From Acidimicrobiia bacterium (GTDB lineage Bacteria; Actinomycetota; Acidimicrobiia; Spongiisociales; ZC4RG35), in contig OZ244034.1 in the NCBI GenBank assembly GCA_965215185.1, forward strand, positions 1,984,001 to 2,048,000: 64,000 bases of DNA. The letters run 5' to 3'. Positions 1 through 10,092 of this stretch are shown here, one piece after another; positions within the stretch are counted from its first letter, which is position 1, and each line of letters starts with the position of its first letter. Both the position numbers and the translations under genes were made by a program. The notes below the pieces were generated by a model. It ran no database searches, was not told the DNA's origin, and saw only the letters and a program-made list of their open reading frames with translations.

Positions 1-1
1 T

Positions 2-2587
2 TTGCTACGCCGCCGTGCCGGCCTCCCGTCCGATGTTTCTCCCATCTCTGTTGCTCCTGAACCGCGCCCTCGAGTCGAACCGTCACCGGTCGGGGCCGCG
101 GCGCCGTCCGTTGCCGGAACACCGTCGTCACAGTCGTCACCCGTCGAAACCGTGACGCCGTCCAATTCCGAGGTTCCGACCCCAGTGCAACGACCCGTAG
201 CCGATTACAAGAGTCCCTCGTTCGGCGCCCTGTCCCGACTGTTCGAACCGGTCAAGACTTGGGCCACCACCGGCAACGTGCCCGTCAAGGTGGGGGTTCT
301 GCTCTCCCTTATCGGGTTGGGGTTCCTGCTCGGCGTGGCCCTCGAACAGGGTTGGATCACCCTTACCATCGAGGTGCGCCACATTCTGGTTGGGCTGTTC
401 GGTGTGCTGCTACTAGTGGTGGGTTGGCGCGTGCGCCACCGCAACCCGATCTACGGGTTGAGCCTGGAGGGAGGCGGGATTGCGGTGCTCTACCTGACCA
501 CGTACGTGGCGCACGCCGTATATGACCTCCTGCCGGTTTCGTTCGCCGCCGTATCGGTAATAGTGATCACCGTCGGCGCCGGTGTTCTAGCCGTTGCCCA
601 GGACTCCCGGTCGTTGGCGGTACTCGGTATAACCGGCGGTTTTCTCGCCCCGATCCTGGCGTATTCGGATGCAAGAGATCACGTCCTGGTATTCGGCTTC
701 TATGTCATCCTGAGCGCCGCCATTGTAGCGGTGGCATGGTTCAAGATCTGGCCGGAACTGAATCTGCTGGGTCTGGGTTTTACCGTTGGGTTGACCGCCT
801 TCTGGCTGTTGTTCAGATATGAGGAAGAAAGCTGGGCGACCACTCAACCCTTGATCGCCCTACTGATAATCCTGTACATGACGATCCCGCTCCTGATGGC
901 CGCCCGGCGCCCTCCCAATATCAAGGACCCGATGACCAGCCCACTGATATTCGGTGTTCCATTCATCGGTCTCGGTTTCCAGTTTCTTCTCACCGATCAC
1001 TTCGAGTATGGAACAGCGATCAGCGCGGTGTCGCTAGCGGTGATCCACGCAGTGTTTGCGGGGGTAGCCCACCGGTTCGGTAAGGCATCGCGGGTACTGG
1101 TCGAAATCTACTTGGCTTTGGCGATGACCTTCCTGGCGATCGCAGCACCGTTGGTGTTCGACACCCAGTACACCTCGGTGGTGTGGGCCTTGCAGGGGGC
1201 GATGCTGGTTTGGGTGGGCCTTCACCACAACCTCTTCCTCTTCACCGTGGGTGGCGGTGTCTTACAACTTCTCTCCGGGAGCGTTTTCCTAAGCCACGTT
1301 TTCGAATCGCTGCCTTATCCGGACGGGACGACCGTTTTGATCAATGGGTACTTCCTGGGAGCGGCGCTGCTGGCCGTCACGGGATTGTTCACCTCGCGGA
1401 TCGTTGACCAAAGGGAAGATTTCTTGAAAGGCAGCAAGGATGTCCCTTGGTTCTTTCTGTTCTGGGGGATCGGTTGGTGGCTGCTGGGCGGGCTGGTGGA
1501 GATCGTCAGCCAGGTTCCCGAGGATGCGCGGCTGAGCACGTTAATCGTGTTCGTTGCGGTCTCTCTTGGTGGAATGGCACTGGCGGCGCCGCTGGTCCGC
1601 TGGCCAAGGCTGGCTACTTCTGGGGTCTTGCTGCTTCCCGCCCTGCCCTTATCGATGATTTTGGCGCTGGCTCTCCAAGACCACCCGTCCGAGTCGAGTG
1701 GCTGGGCGGCCTGGATCGTTGCCTTGGTGGCGTACTACTCGGTTCTGCGCCTACGAGGGAGCCAGTTTCCCCAGGTCGTGACCGCGATGCACGCCACCGG
1801 TTACTGGGTTCTCGCGGTTCTGCTTGGAACCGAGGTCCACTGGCAGGTCCAACGAATCGCCGCCGGCGTATGGCCCACTACCGCGGCGCTGTCGACGGTC
1901 CTAACGCTGGTGGGTGGAACGTTGCTGGCGCGGAATAGGTTGGCATGGCCCCTGAGGGCACGTTGGCGGACTTACCTCATGGTGTGCGCGGGCCCGGTTG
2001 TCCTGGCGCTTGCTCTCATAGTGCTGTCCATCAACCTGACGTCAAACGGCGAAGCCGCACCACTCACCTACCTGCCGCTGCTCAACCCCCTGGAAATCCT
2101 TACTGTCCTCGTTGTGGTCGCAGCGTTGGCCTGGAAAAGACTGGCCGACTCACAAACGGACCATCCACTCGAGGACTTCGTCGCTGGAAACTGGGCGCCG
2201 GGGCTGGCCATCGCCGGTTTCGTCCTGCTGACCATGACCGTGGCGCGGACGGTTCACCACTGGACGGGGGTTCCGTTCGACCTCGAGTCGATGACTTCGT
2301 CCACCACCCTCCAAGCCTCCCTGTCCATCGTCTGGGGTCTGACCGGCCTGACCGGAATGCTGATCGGCAGACGCTCGGCCCGGCGGATCGTGTGGGTGGG
2401 CGGTGCTTCCCTAATGGGAGTGGTGGTGGTCAAGCTGTTCCTGTTCGACCTCAGCAACACCGGAACAGTAGCCAGAGTGGTGTCATTCCTCGGGGTGGGC
2501 CTGCTGCTCCTGATCGTCGGCTACGTCGCCCCGGTTCCCCCCGCGGCCACCACCGAAACCGAGCAGGCAAAGACCGACAGGCAATGA
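2..2587 (+). CDS. DUF2339-family multi-pass membrane protein (5'-partial)
   Basis: 861-aa ORF with about 20 hydrophobic segments; GNVPVKVG, LEGGG, GGFLAP and KLFLFDL...RVVSFLGVG motifs typical of DUF2339. Confidence 0.85.
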   Translation: MLRRRAGLPSDVSPISVAPEPRPRVEPSPVGAAAPSVAGTPSSQSSPVETVTPSNSEVPTPVQRPVADYKSPSFGALSRLFEPVKTWATTGNVPVKVGVLLSLIGLGFLLGVALEQGWITLTIEVRHILVGLFGVLLLVVGWRVRHRNPIYGLSLEGGGIAVLYLTTYVAHAVYDLLPVSFAAVSVIVITVGAGVLAVAQDSRSLAVLGITGGFLAPILAYSDARDHVLVFGFYVILSAAIVAVAWFKIWPELNLLGLGFTVGLTAFWLLFRYEEESWATTQPLIALLIILYMTIPLLMAARRPPNIKDPMTSPLIFGVPFIGLGFQFLLTDHFEYGTAISAVSLAVIHAVFAGVAHRFGKASRVLVEIYLALAMTFLAIAAPLVFDTQYTSVVWALQGAMLVWVGLHHNLFLFTVGGGVLQLLSGSVFLSHVFESLPYPDGTTVLINGYFLGAALLAVTGLFTSRIVDQREDFLKGSKDVPWFFLFWGIGWWLLGGLVEIVSQVPEDARLSTLIVFVAVSLGGMALAAPLVRWPRLATSGVLLLPALPLSMILALALQDHPSESSGWAAWIVALVAYYSVLRLRGSQFPQVVTAMHATGYWVLAVLLGTEVHWQVQRIAAGVWPTTAALSTVLTLVGGTLLARNRLAWPLRARWRTYLMVCAGPVVLALALIVLSINLTSNGEAAPLTYLPLLNPLEILTVLVVVAALAWKRLADSQTDHPLEDFVAGNWAPGLAIAGFVLLTMTVARTVHHWTGVPFDLESMTSSTTLQASLSIVWGLTGLTGMLIGRRSARRIVWVGGASLMGVVVVKLFLFDLSNTGTVARVVSFLGVGLLLLIVGYVAPVPPAATTETEQAKTDRQ

Positions 2588-2910
2588 CCCGGCGCCGGTC
2601 TTTCTCCCGGCATCCGACACAATGGACAAGTCCTCGCCTCCAACACCAACGAAGACGGAACACCGTCCTACGAGATAGCGGCGCTGTTCAAGGCAACGCC
2701 CTAGAAAAGTTCTCCTCGACGGGAACCGCGCCCCGAGCGTAACCGGGATCCGTAGAGGCGCCCTGCGGACGCGTCTTCCATGGCGCTGCGATCCCTACCC
2801 AGCCATCCGGATCCACTGCCCTCTTAGTTGGACCGCCAGAATGCTTCTCGGTCTGATGAGTTCCGTCTAGAGGCCGATCACCGTGTTGGCTGGTTTGAAG
2901 AGAAATGAGT

Positions 2911-5289
2911 TCATGTTGACCCATCCGCCCCTGTGGCCGGGAGCAGACTGAGAACATACGGGGCGGTGATCGGGGTGCGGGTGATCTCTGCGACACCCAG
3001 GTCCGAAAGCGCCTTCTCGACCGCGGCGGCGATAGCCGGAGCAGGACCGATGATTCCGGCCTCGCCAGCGCCTTTGGCACCCCACGGCATCGCCGGCGCC
3101 GGCGATTCGAAATGCCTGACCACCATATTAGGTATCTCGGCGATGGTGGGCAGATGGTAATCCAAAAACGATGTCGACAGCGGGTTTCCCCATTCGTCGT
3201 AATGGAGCTTTTCGAAGAGTGCTCCGCCTATTCCTTGCGCTATGCCGCCGACCACTTGTCCCCTGACGATCTGGGGGTTGATGACCGTGCCGCAGTCATG
3301 GGCCACGAGGTACTCGAGCACCCGCACCTTGCCGGTGCCGACGTCGACGGAAACAACCGCCCCGTGAGAGGCGTTGGTGTAGGTGGCGCAAGCATTGACC
3401 CGCCCGTACTCGTCGGAATGATGCTCGATGCCGGGAGGGTCGTAAGTGGCGGCCGCCTCCATACCGGGTTGCACACCCTCGGGCAGGTCGATGGTGCGGA
3501 TGTTGGCCGCCGTGGCGACCTCTTTCCACGTGACTGAAGTCCCAGGGCTTCCGCGGACATGGAAATGTCCGTCATACACCTCGATGTCATCCTGGGAGGC
3601 CTCCATCAGATGGGCCGCGATGCGGTTTGCCTTCTCCAGAAGAACCTGAGAGGCTTCCCGAAGGGCGCCCGAAGCCACGTTGGTGCTCCTGCTCCCCCAA
3701 CTGCCGAGTCCGTAGGGAGTCCGGTCGGTGTCTCCCATGACGACGCGGACCTGATCGCGTCCGACGCCCAGCGCCTCTGCCGTCAGGGTGGTCAGCATGG
3801 ACTCGAGGCCCTGGCCCGATGTGGAAACGCCGACCGATACCACCGCGGTCCCGTCGGGATTCACCCTGATGGAACACGAGTCGAAGGAGGTCCAGTGTCC
3901 GCTGGTCAGAAAATACGTAGGGGTAACACCCTCGATGTAGTTGACCACACCTGATCCCAGCCGGATATGAGGATCATCGCCGAGCCGGGCTCGCCAGTGG
4001 TCCAGTCTCTCGGAGGTGAGACGAACAGTCTCCTCGAATGCTTCGCGGTGGCTCCCGGAGTCAACGATTGCACCGGCTGACGTCGTGTAGGGCAGGTCGT
4101 CTTGGCCCATCAGGTTGCGACGTCGTATCTCGTGCCGGTCGATACCCAGGCGGTCGGCCGCTTTGTCCATCAGACGTTCGATGGCGAACGCGGCCTCCGG
4201 AATCCCGAACCCCCGGTAGGCGCCGCAGGGGGTCTTATTGGTGGCTACGGCAACGACACCAACCGACTGGTGGGGGATCCGATACGGGCCCGTGATGTGG
4301 CCGATGGCCGTGAAGGCGGGCGAGAAGCCGTAGGGGTACATCTCGGCCGCTCCCAGGTCTTGGATGGCCATCCCTCTAACCGCACGGAACCGTCCGTCGC
4401 CATCTACGGCAGCCTCGAGGTCGAGGACCAGATCACGGGCGTGACACGCCGCGATCAGATGTTCTCTGCGGTCCTCGATCCACCGCACCGGTCTCCCGAG
4501 CCTCATGGCCAACCAGGGGATCGTGACTTCCTCCACATAGAACTCCGCTTTGACACCGAATCCTCCTCCCACGTCGGGGGCGATTACGCGGATGTCCGTC
4601 TCGTCCAGAGGGAGGCAGTACGACAGCATCGTGCGGGCGATATGAGGAAACTGGGTGGATGTCCAGACCGTGAGCCGGCCATCCCGGTACTCGGCCGCCA
4701 CCCCCCTCGTCTCCATGGGCACACCGGTATGGCGTCCGATCTCGTACCGACCGGAGACGGTCATCTTCCCTTCGAATTCGGCCATCGCTTCGGGGTTGTT
4801 AACCGGGAAGTCGATCACGATGTTGTCCGGCCACTCCGAAAACAGAAGCGGGGCCTTGGCGTCCAGAGCCTCCTCTACGGAGACGACCGGATTGAGCGGT
4901 TCGAGATCGACGGTCAGCAGGTCCCGGGCGTCCTCCGCCTCATACCGGTCAGGCGCGACCACTACCGCTATGGGCGCCCCCACGTAGCGCACCTTGTCCC
5001 GCGCCAGGGGAAAGATGGCCACCGGTCGGGCGTTTTGGTCGAAGTCCGGGAAGGGTGAGACATCGGTCATGTCCGCGGCGGTGAATACCCCTGCCACCCC
5101 GGGAACCTGCATGGCTTCGACAGTGTCCACCCCTTCGATCACAGCGTGAGGCAGCGGGCTCCTGTAGAAGGCGGCGTCAAGCATCCCGGGTAGGGATACG
5201 TCTGCGACGAACCGTGCTCTGCCCGTGAGGAGCCGGTCGTCTTCGACGCGGGCTACATGAGCCCCGATATGGGTGGGACGGGAGGTCAC
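2911..5289 (-). CDS. Xanthine dehydrogenase/CoxL-like molybdopterin-binding large subunit
   Basis: RVEDDRLLTG, DVGGGFGVK, AYRGFG, GQG, AHDCGTVINP and GAKGAGE motifs. Confidence 0.92.
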   Translation of the reverse strand: MTSRPTHIGAHVARVEDDRLLTGRARFVADVSLPGMLDAAFYRSPLPHAVIEGVDTVEAMQVPGVAGVFTAADMTDVSPFPDFDQNARPVAIFPLARDKVRYVGAPIAVVVAPDRYEAEDARDLLTVDLEPLNPVVSVEEALDAKAPLLFSEWPDNIVIDFPVNNPEAMAEFEGKMTVSGRYEIGRHTGVPMETRGVAAEYRDGRLTVWTSTQFPHIARTMLSYCLPLDETDIRVIAPDVGGGFGVKAEFYVEEVTIPWLAMRLGRPVRWIEDRREHLIAACHARDLVLDLEAAVDGDGRFRAVRGMAIQDLGAAEMYPYGFSPAFTAIGHITGPYRIPHQSVGVVAVATNKTPCGAYRGFGIPEAAFAIERLMDKAADRLGIDRHEIRRRNLMGQDDLPYTTSAGAIVDSGSHREAFEETVRLTSERLDHWRARLGDDPHIRLGSGVVNYIEGVTPTYFLTSGHWTSFDSCSIRVNPDGTAVVSVGVSTSGQGLESMLTTLTAEALGVGRDQVRVVMGDTDRTPYGLGSWGSRSTNVASGALREASQVLLEKANRIAAHLMEASQDDIEVYDGHFHVRGSPGTSVTWKEVATAANIRTIDLPEGVQPGMEAAATYDPPGIEHHSDEYGRVNACATYTNASHGAVVSVDVGTGKVRVLEYLVAHDCGTVINPQIVRGQVVGGIAQGIGGALFEKLHYDEWGNPLSTSFLDYHLPTIAEIPNMVVRHFESPAPAMPWGAKGAGEAGIIGPAPAIAAAVEKALSDLGVAEITRTPITAPYVLSLLPATGADGST

Positions 5290-5774
5290 CGGTCCCTACC
5301 CCAAGCCGCCATTACCGCATCCAGGATCCCTTCGTATCCGGTACACCGGCACAGGTTGCCGGACAGCAGCTCCCGGATGCTCTCTTCATCCGGGTGTTCG
5401 TCGGGTGTCACGCCGGCCAGCGTCATCAGAAAACCCGGCGTGCAGAAGCCACATTGGAGACCGTGGTGGTCCTTGAACGCTCGTTGCAAGGGGTTGAGAC
5501 CGTCCTCGGGCGTTATTCCCTCCACTGTGGTCACGTCGCACCCATCGGCCTGCACCCCCAACATGATGCACGACCGGACAGGTCGGCCTGCGACCAGCAC
5601 CGTGCACGCGCCGCATACGCCCTGCTCACATCCGATGTGGGTTCCCGTAAGACCCAAGTCTTCACGCAGAACGTCCACCAGCAGCTTCCTGGCGTCCACG
5701 GTCAGTTCAACCGATCGTCCGTTCACGTTCATTGACACGCCTAAGCGCCAGCTGGGCTCTCGAACCGGTTTCAC
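5286..5774 (-). CDS. CoxS-like 2Fe-2S small subunit
   Basis: GCEQGVCGACT, QCGFCTPG and NLCRCTGY motifs. Confidence 0.95.
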   Translation of the reverse strand: MKPVREPSWRLGVSMNVNGRSVELTVDARKLLVDVLREDLGLTGTHIGCEQGVCGACTVLVAGRPVRSCIMLGVQADGCDVTTVEGITPEDGLNPLQRAFKDHHGLQCGFCTPGFLMTLAGVTPDEHPDEESIRELLSGNLCRCTGYEGILDAVMAAWGRDR

Positions 5775-6628
5775 CGTGCCATCTCCTCGACGGCTCGGCG
5801 CACGAGTACTCCGGACACGTGGGCTCGGTAGGCAGCGTCGGCGTGAACGTCCTCCAAACCGGCCCTGGCGGTACGGGTGGTCAGAGCCGCCACTTGGTGG
5901 AGCAGGTCGGCGGTAATCTGCTCTCCCGCCAGTCGAGTTTCCACCTCGTGGAGTCGCTGGGGTGATCCTCCCACCCCGAACAGCGCCAGAGCGATGTCCC
6001 TCACCTTCCCGGCCCGGGTGGTGACGAGCTTCCCGGCTACGCCCGCTACCGCGAAATCACCCGACCGTGGGGCGACCTCGGTGACTGCTGCCCGAGTCTT
6101 CTTGGAAGATGGGAAACGAACCTCCACAAGCATCTCGTCAGGCTTCAAAGCCGTCGTAAAAGGGCCGAGAAAGAACTGGCTGGCGGGGATGTCCCGCACA
6201 CCTGCCGCCGACCGTGCAACCATGATGGCATCGAGGGCGAGGGCGACCGCGGGCATCTCCGCCGCTGGGTCGGCGTGAGCGATACTCCCTACGACAGTTC
6301 CCCGAATACGGTTCTGGACGTGACCCACAAACGGAAGAGCCTTACTCAGCAGCGGGCATAGGCGTGCCACGTCGACCGAACGCTCGACCGTGTTCTGCGT
6401 GACTGCGGCGCCGACGCGCACCACCCCGCGCTCGACCACAACCTGCCGGAGCTCCCTCACCAGCGCGATATCCACCAGGACCTCCGGGCGGGCCAAACGG
6501 AAGTTCAAAAGCGGTATCAGACTCTGACCCCCCGCCAGCACCCTGGCCCCACCGTCACATTCGGACAGGATGCCAAGCACCTCGTCAAGGCTCTGCGGAC
6601 GAGCATATCTGAACGGTGGCGGCTTCAC
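5771..6628 (-). CDS. CoxM-like FAD-binding medium subunit
   Basis: MKPPPFRY, AGGQSL, GTVVGSIAHADPAAE motifs; overlaps the coxS-like start. Confidence 0.93.
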   Translation of the reverse strand: MKPPPFRYARPQSLDEVLGILSECDGGARVLAGGQSLIPLLNFRLARPEVLVDIALVRELRQVVVERGVVRVGAAVTQNTVERSVDVARLCPLLSKALPFVGHVQNRIRGTVVGSIAHADPAAEMPAVALALDAIMVARSAAGVRDIPASQFFLGPFTTALKPDEMLVEVRFPSSKKTRAAVTEVAPRSGDFAVAGVAGKLVTTRAGKVRDIALALFGVGGSPQRLHEVETRLAGEQITADLLHQVAALTTRTARAGLEDVHADAAYRAHVSGVLVRRAVEEMAR

Positions 6629-6711
6629 AAAAAGAACTCGGAGATTCCAAGACTACAGACCCAATCCCGTTGAACAACCGACGTTGCCCCGTTGGAAACA
6701 GCAGGGTCTCA

Positions 6712-6822
6712 AAGTCGATGACCTCGTCTACTACCACCACGCTCCAGGCGTTCTTGTCCATCGTCTGGGGTCTGACCGCGATGATGGTCGGTGGACGCTC
6801 GGCCCGTAAGGAGGTAGTGGGT
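6712..6822 (+). pseudogene. Degenerate duplicate fragment of the DUF2339 C-terminus
   Basis: Translates SMTSSTTTTLQAFLSIVWGLTAMMVGGRSAR versus SMTSSTTLQASLSIVWGLTGLTGMLIGRRSAR at about 2285-2400. Confidence 0.8.
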
Positions 6823-6922
6823 CCTATCTTGAGCACGTGACTGTCACTGTCCCCGAGGCCGTCGCTCCGTGCCCATAACCGACCTGCCGGGACATCAATC
6901 CCAAATTGAGCAAGCATTACGT

Positions 6923-7218
6923 TTACCTCGCAGTCCTGAAAGCTACTCCTTTCAACACCGTCTCCAGATTCGCGAGATAGTTCGCAAATGCTTGGCGTCC
7001 TGCGGGTGTGGCTTGTACCCATGTTGACGGTTTTTCATTCAGGAACTCCTTGGTGACTTCGAGGTAACCGGCGTCCCGGAGCTTGCGCAGATGGATGGTC
7101 AGGTTTCCGCCGGTCAGAACAAGTGTTCCGTCTCGGGCTGGGAAACCAGCAGGGTCATTATCCGCAATCGGACCGACTGATGGATGATCTCGTCAAGAAC
7201 AACGGGATCGTTGATCAC
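6923..7218 (-). pseudogene. Winged-helix (MarR/ArsR-like) transcriptional regulator, frameshifted
   Basis: LDEIIHQSVRLRIMTLL...HLF* continues in another frame as LTGGNLTIHLRKLRDAGYLEVTKEFLNEKPSTWVQATPAGRQAF; GTGA overlap with the upstream gene. Confidence 0.8.
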
Positions 7219-7760
7219 CGAATCCCGATCTTGCGGAACCACATAACGCCGAGACCCACGACCGCCAGGGTCGCCACCGCCGAGACAGCCAAAGCAGCAC
7301 CACCGGACAGATAGCGAGGAAGATAGTAGGCGGCAGCTATCCCAACGCCTACCACCGCTAACGCCGGGTTGGTCATCAAGCCGAACAAGATGTACCCCAA
7401 AGCAACTATTCCAATGGCTACGACGGATATTAGGGGGCCCCTTTCGGCGTTCCACATCCCCGCGGCCGCCGGTAGGAACCAGGCCGCCGACGCCACTGCC
7501 ATCCAGAAAAGGAAAACCCGAATGCCGACGGCCCGGCTGACGTCGCGCGACACGTTCCTGGTTGCCTCCCGGCGCCCGATGATGGCGCTGCCGACTGTCC
7601 CAACTGCTATGAAAGTGCCGTAAAACGGTGCTCTCACCCATGGGCTTTGCTCCGCCAAATCGAAGCCCCCGGTTTGGAGCCAGTATTCGCCTTCTGGGCG
7701 GCGCGCATGGTCCGCTAGATCCGCTTGCCTCGGTTCGCCACCGCCCCCAAGGACCCCTCT
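7215..7760 (-). CDS. Hypothetical membrane protein (start uncertain, N-terminus possibly degraded)
   Basis: About 5 hydrophobic helices in the C-terminal part of ORF 7215..7871; coupled to the regulator. Confidence 0.6.
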   Translation of the reverse strand, partial: RGVLGGGGEPRQADLADHARRPEGEYWLQTGGFDLAEQSPWVRAPFYGTFIAVGTVGSAIIGRREATRNVSRDVSRAVGIRVFLFWMAVASAAWFLPAAAGMWNAERGPLISVVAIGIVALGYILFGLMTNPALAVVGVGIAAAYYLPRYLSGGAALAVSAVATLAVVGLGVMWFRKIGIR

Positions 7761-7771
7761 CCTCTGCTCGG

Positions 7772-8977
7772 CTAGGCCCCCTTGTAGTTGATCCGCGCCA
7801 CCAGCCGGTGTTCGGCGGTCACCAGATCGTCCTGGTCCTTCATCACCTGTTCGATCGGTTTGTACGACCACGGGGACTCATCGACCAGCTTCCGGGCCCG
7901 ATGGGCTTCCCATGCCTTTCCCTTCATCGCCTCGGTCAACTGTTCTGCGGTGAATAGCTTCCTGGCTCGGCTTCGAGAATGCACACGCCCGGCGCCGTGC
8001 GCAGCGGAGCAATAGGAAAGCAGGTTCCCCAATCCTCGCACAATGTATGAGTCGGTTCCCATCGAACCGGGTATGACGCCCCGATCTCCGGAGCCGGCCC
8101 TGATGGCGCCCTTTCTGGTCACCCACACCATGCGGGCGTTATGTCTCTCCAGAACGGCGTAGTTGTGATGGCAGTTGATCATCTCCAGCAGTTCTACGTT
8201 CCCCATGTGATTTCTCAACGCTTCCCAAACCACGTCCAGGATAAGTTCCCGATTTCTCCAGGCGTAGGACTGCGCCCACAGCATCTGCCGGATGTACACA
8301 TCGAATGGGTCGTCGTTGGAGAGGTAGTAGGCCAGATCCCGAGTTGCTGGTCTCCCCTTTCGGGCGCAGACCCGGGCGGAGGCGGCGATGTGGTGAGTGG
8401 CTATTTGGTTGCCGATCCCCCGGCTTCCGGTGTGCAGCACTATCCAGAGCCGGTTGAGTTCATCCGAAGAGATCTCAACGAAGTGGTTTCCGCCACCCAA
8501 GGTGCCCAATTGCTTTCCCATCCTCCCGATGGCGCTTGTGGCTCTTGGCAGCATCTTCACGTGCGGGATTGGGTTTTCTTCCAGCCACCTTCGGGCAGTT
8601 GGAGTAGCAGTTTGATGCCAATCGAAACCGGCCGGCACCCCGCGCCGGACATCCGCGAGGATCTGCTGTGGATGTTCAAGGTCCTTCAACCGCCGGTTGG
8701 TGAGAGCAGCGATCATGCCGCAGCCAATGTCCACCCCCACCGCGGCGGGCAGGATGGCCCCTTCGGTGACAATCACCGACCCCACCGTGGCGCCTTTCCC
8801 CAAATGGGCATCGGGCATCAGTGCCACAGGACCTGCCAGCACCGGGCTCAGCGAAGTTTCCAAAGCCTGTTTCCTGGTCTGGGGGTCCAGAATCGACGCC
8901 CAGTTGCGGACCCCCGCACCGCCATCCCGGCCAGACTTTAGGAGCCGCCCCCCGGGACTTTCATTGGTTGCCACCAT
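7772..8977 (-). CDS. rtcB: RtcB RNA 3'-phosphate/5'-OH ligase
   Basis: MPDAHLG, VGVDIGCGM, GTLGGGNHFVE, HTGSRG, CHHNY, TRKGA, PGSMG, HGAGR and DESPWSYK motifs. Confidence 0.96.
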   Translation of the reverse strand: MVATNESPGGRLLKSGRDGGAGVRNWASILDPQTRKQALETSLSPVLAGPVALMPDAHLGKGATVGSVIVTEGAILPAAVGVDIGCGMIAALTNRRLKDLEHPQQILADVRRGVPAGFDWHQTATPTARRWLEENPIPHVKMLPRATSAIGRMGKQLGTLGGGNHFVEISSDELNRLWIVLHTGSRGIGNQIATHHIAASARVCARKGRPATRDLAYYLSNDDPFDVYIRQMLWAQSYAWRNRELILDVVWEALRNHMGNVELLEMINCHHNYAVLERHNARMVWVTRKGAIRAGSGDRGVIPGSMGTDSYIVRGLGNLLSYCSAAHGAGRVHSRSRARKLFTAEQLTEAMKGKAWEAHRARKLVDESPWSYKPIEQVMKDQDDLVTAEHRLVARINYKGA

Positions 8978-9048
8978 GACCTTTGACCCTACCGATCACG
9001 CCGGCGGTCGATGATTGCATTTTCACACCGCATGGAGGGTGAGTCGCG

Positions 9049-9136
9049 GGTGGGCTGTTGGCCACCACCCCTTACCTGCAGCTTAACGGGGGTTCTGGGA
9101 GGACACCACAATTACGAGAGGGGGGACACCACCATT
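9049..9136 (+). repeat. att-like repeat, copy 1 (arm GGACACCAC x2)
   Basis: GGTGG-GCTGTTGG-CCACC-ACCCCTTACCTG; GGACACCAC at 9101 and 9124. Confidence 0.85.
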
Positions 9137-9352
9137 GAAACTCGACATTACGGCGCAGGTTTGTGGGCTGCAAGGCCTCGTGACCACAGTTCCCCTCGTC
9201 GGAGACCTCTCTAGGAGATACCCCTCCCCTCGGTCAGCTCTCGCGGGCCAACATTCTTGTTAATGTGCATAGATCATGCAAGCCGAAAGGGGTTGTCAAG
9301 AGCCGACGCCCGTAGAATTGCCGAGTCCCCGGCTAGTGTGAAACGCTGAACT

Positions 9353-9901
9353 ATGGCACGCATCAAGATCATTCCCGACGACTCTTGGGACGGCGCACTC
9401 GGTGAGCTTCATCCGCGGGTTGTTGATCCGGCCTATGGCCGGGTCGACAACGTCCTCGCCGTGCACTCGCTCAACCCCCGCGGCATGGCGGCACACCAGG
9501 GTCTGTACGAATCGGCCATGGCCGGGACTGCAACGCTCCGCAAGGTCGAGCGCGAACTCATCGCCGTGGTCGTGAGCCTCGAGAACGACTGCCACTATTG
9601 AGTTGTCCACCACCGGCGCGGTCTGCGTCGGCTGCTCCACGACGACGAACTCGCCGCTGCGATTGAACACGACTGGACAACTGCAGCGCTGTCGCCAAAG
9701 CGGGTGGCGATGCTGAGTTTCGCGGTCAAACTGACGGTGACGCCGAGCGCGATGAACGACGCCGATGTCAATTCCCTACGAACCGCCGGCTTCTCTGATC
9801 GTGACATCCTCGACATAGTCGAGGTTGTCAGCTACTATGCGTACGCCAATCGGATCACCAATGGTCTGGGCCTTGAGACCGAAACGTGGATCCCCGATTG
9901 A
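9353..9901 (+). CDS. AhpD/CMD-like peroxidase-related selenoprotein (CHYU, TGA at 9599-9601)
   Basis: ORFs 9353..9601 and 9704..9901 share a frame; TGA occupies the second Cys position of the CxxC motif; SECIS-like hairpin follows. Confidence 0.88.
9613..9631 (+). promoter_or_regulatory. Bacterial SECIS element
   Basis: CCGGCGC-GGTCT-GCGTCGG stem-loop 11 nt after the UGA; GGUCU loop resembles the E. coli fdhF SECIS. Confidence 0.8.
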
Positions 9902-10002
9902 TCCACAAGGGGTAGAGCCAATTACCCCCAAAGCCAAGGGAAAGCCAGGAAAAGCAGCCTGTCAGCGGCTAAATCGCCAACAGCTAGACGTCGGTTGGTA
10001 TT

Positions 10003-10092
10003 GGTGGGCTGTTAGCGACCACCCCTGACCCGGGCTTTAGGAGGGGTTTTCGAGGGGGCTCCACAATTTTGAAGGGTGTGGACTCCACATTT
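10003..10092 (+). repeat. att-like repeat, copy 2 (arm GRCTCCACA x2)
   Basis: GGTGG-GCTGTTAG-CGACC-ACCCCTGACC; GGCTCCACAATT at 10057 and GGACTCCACATT at 10080. Confidence 0.8.
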
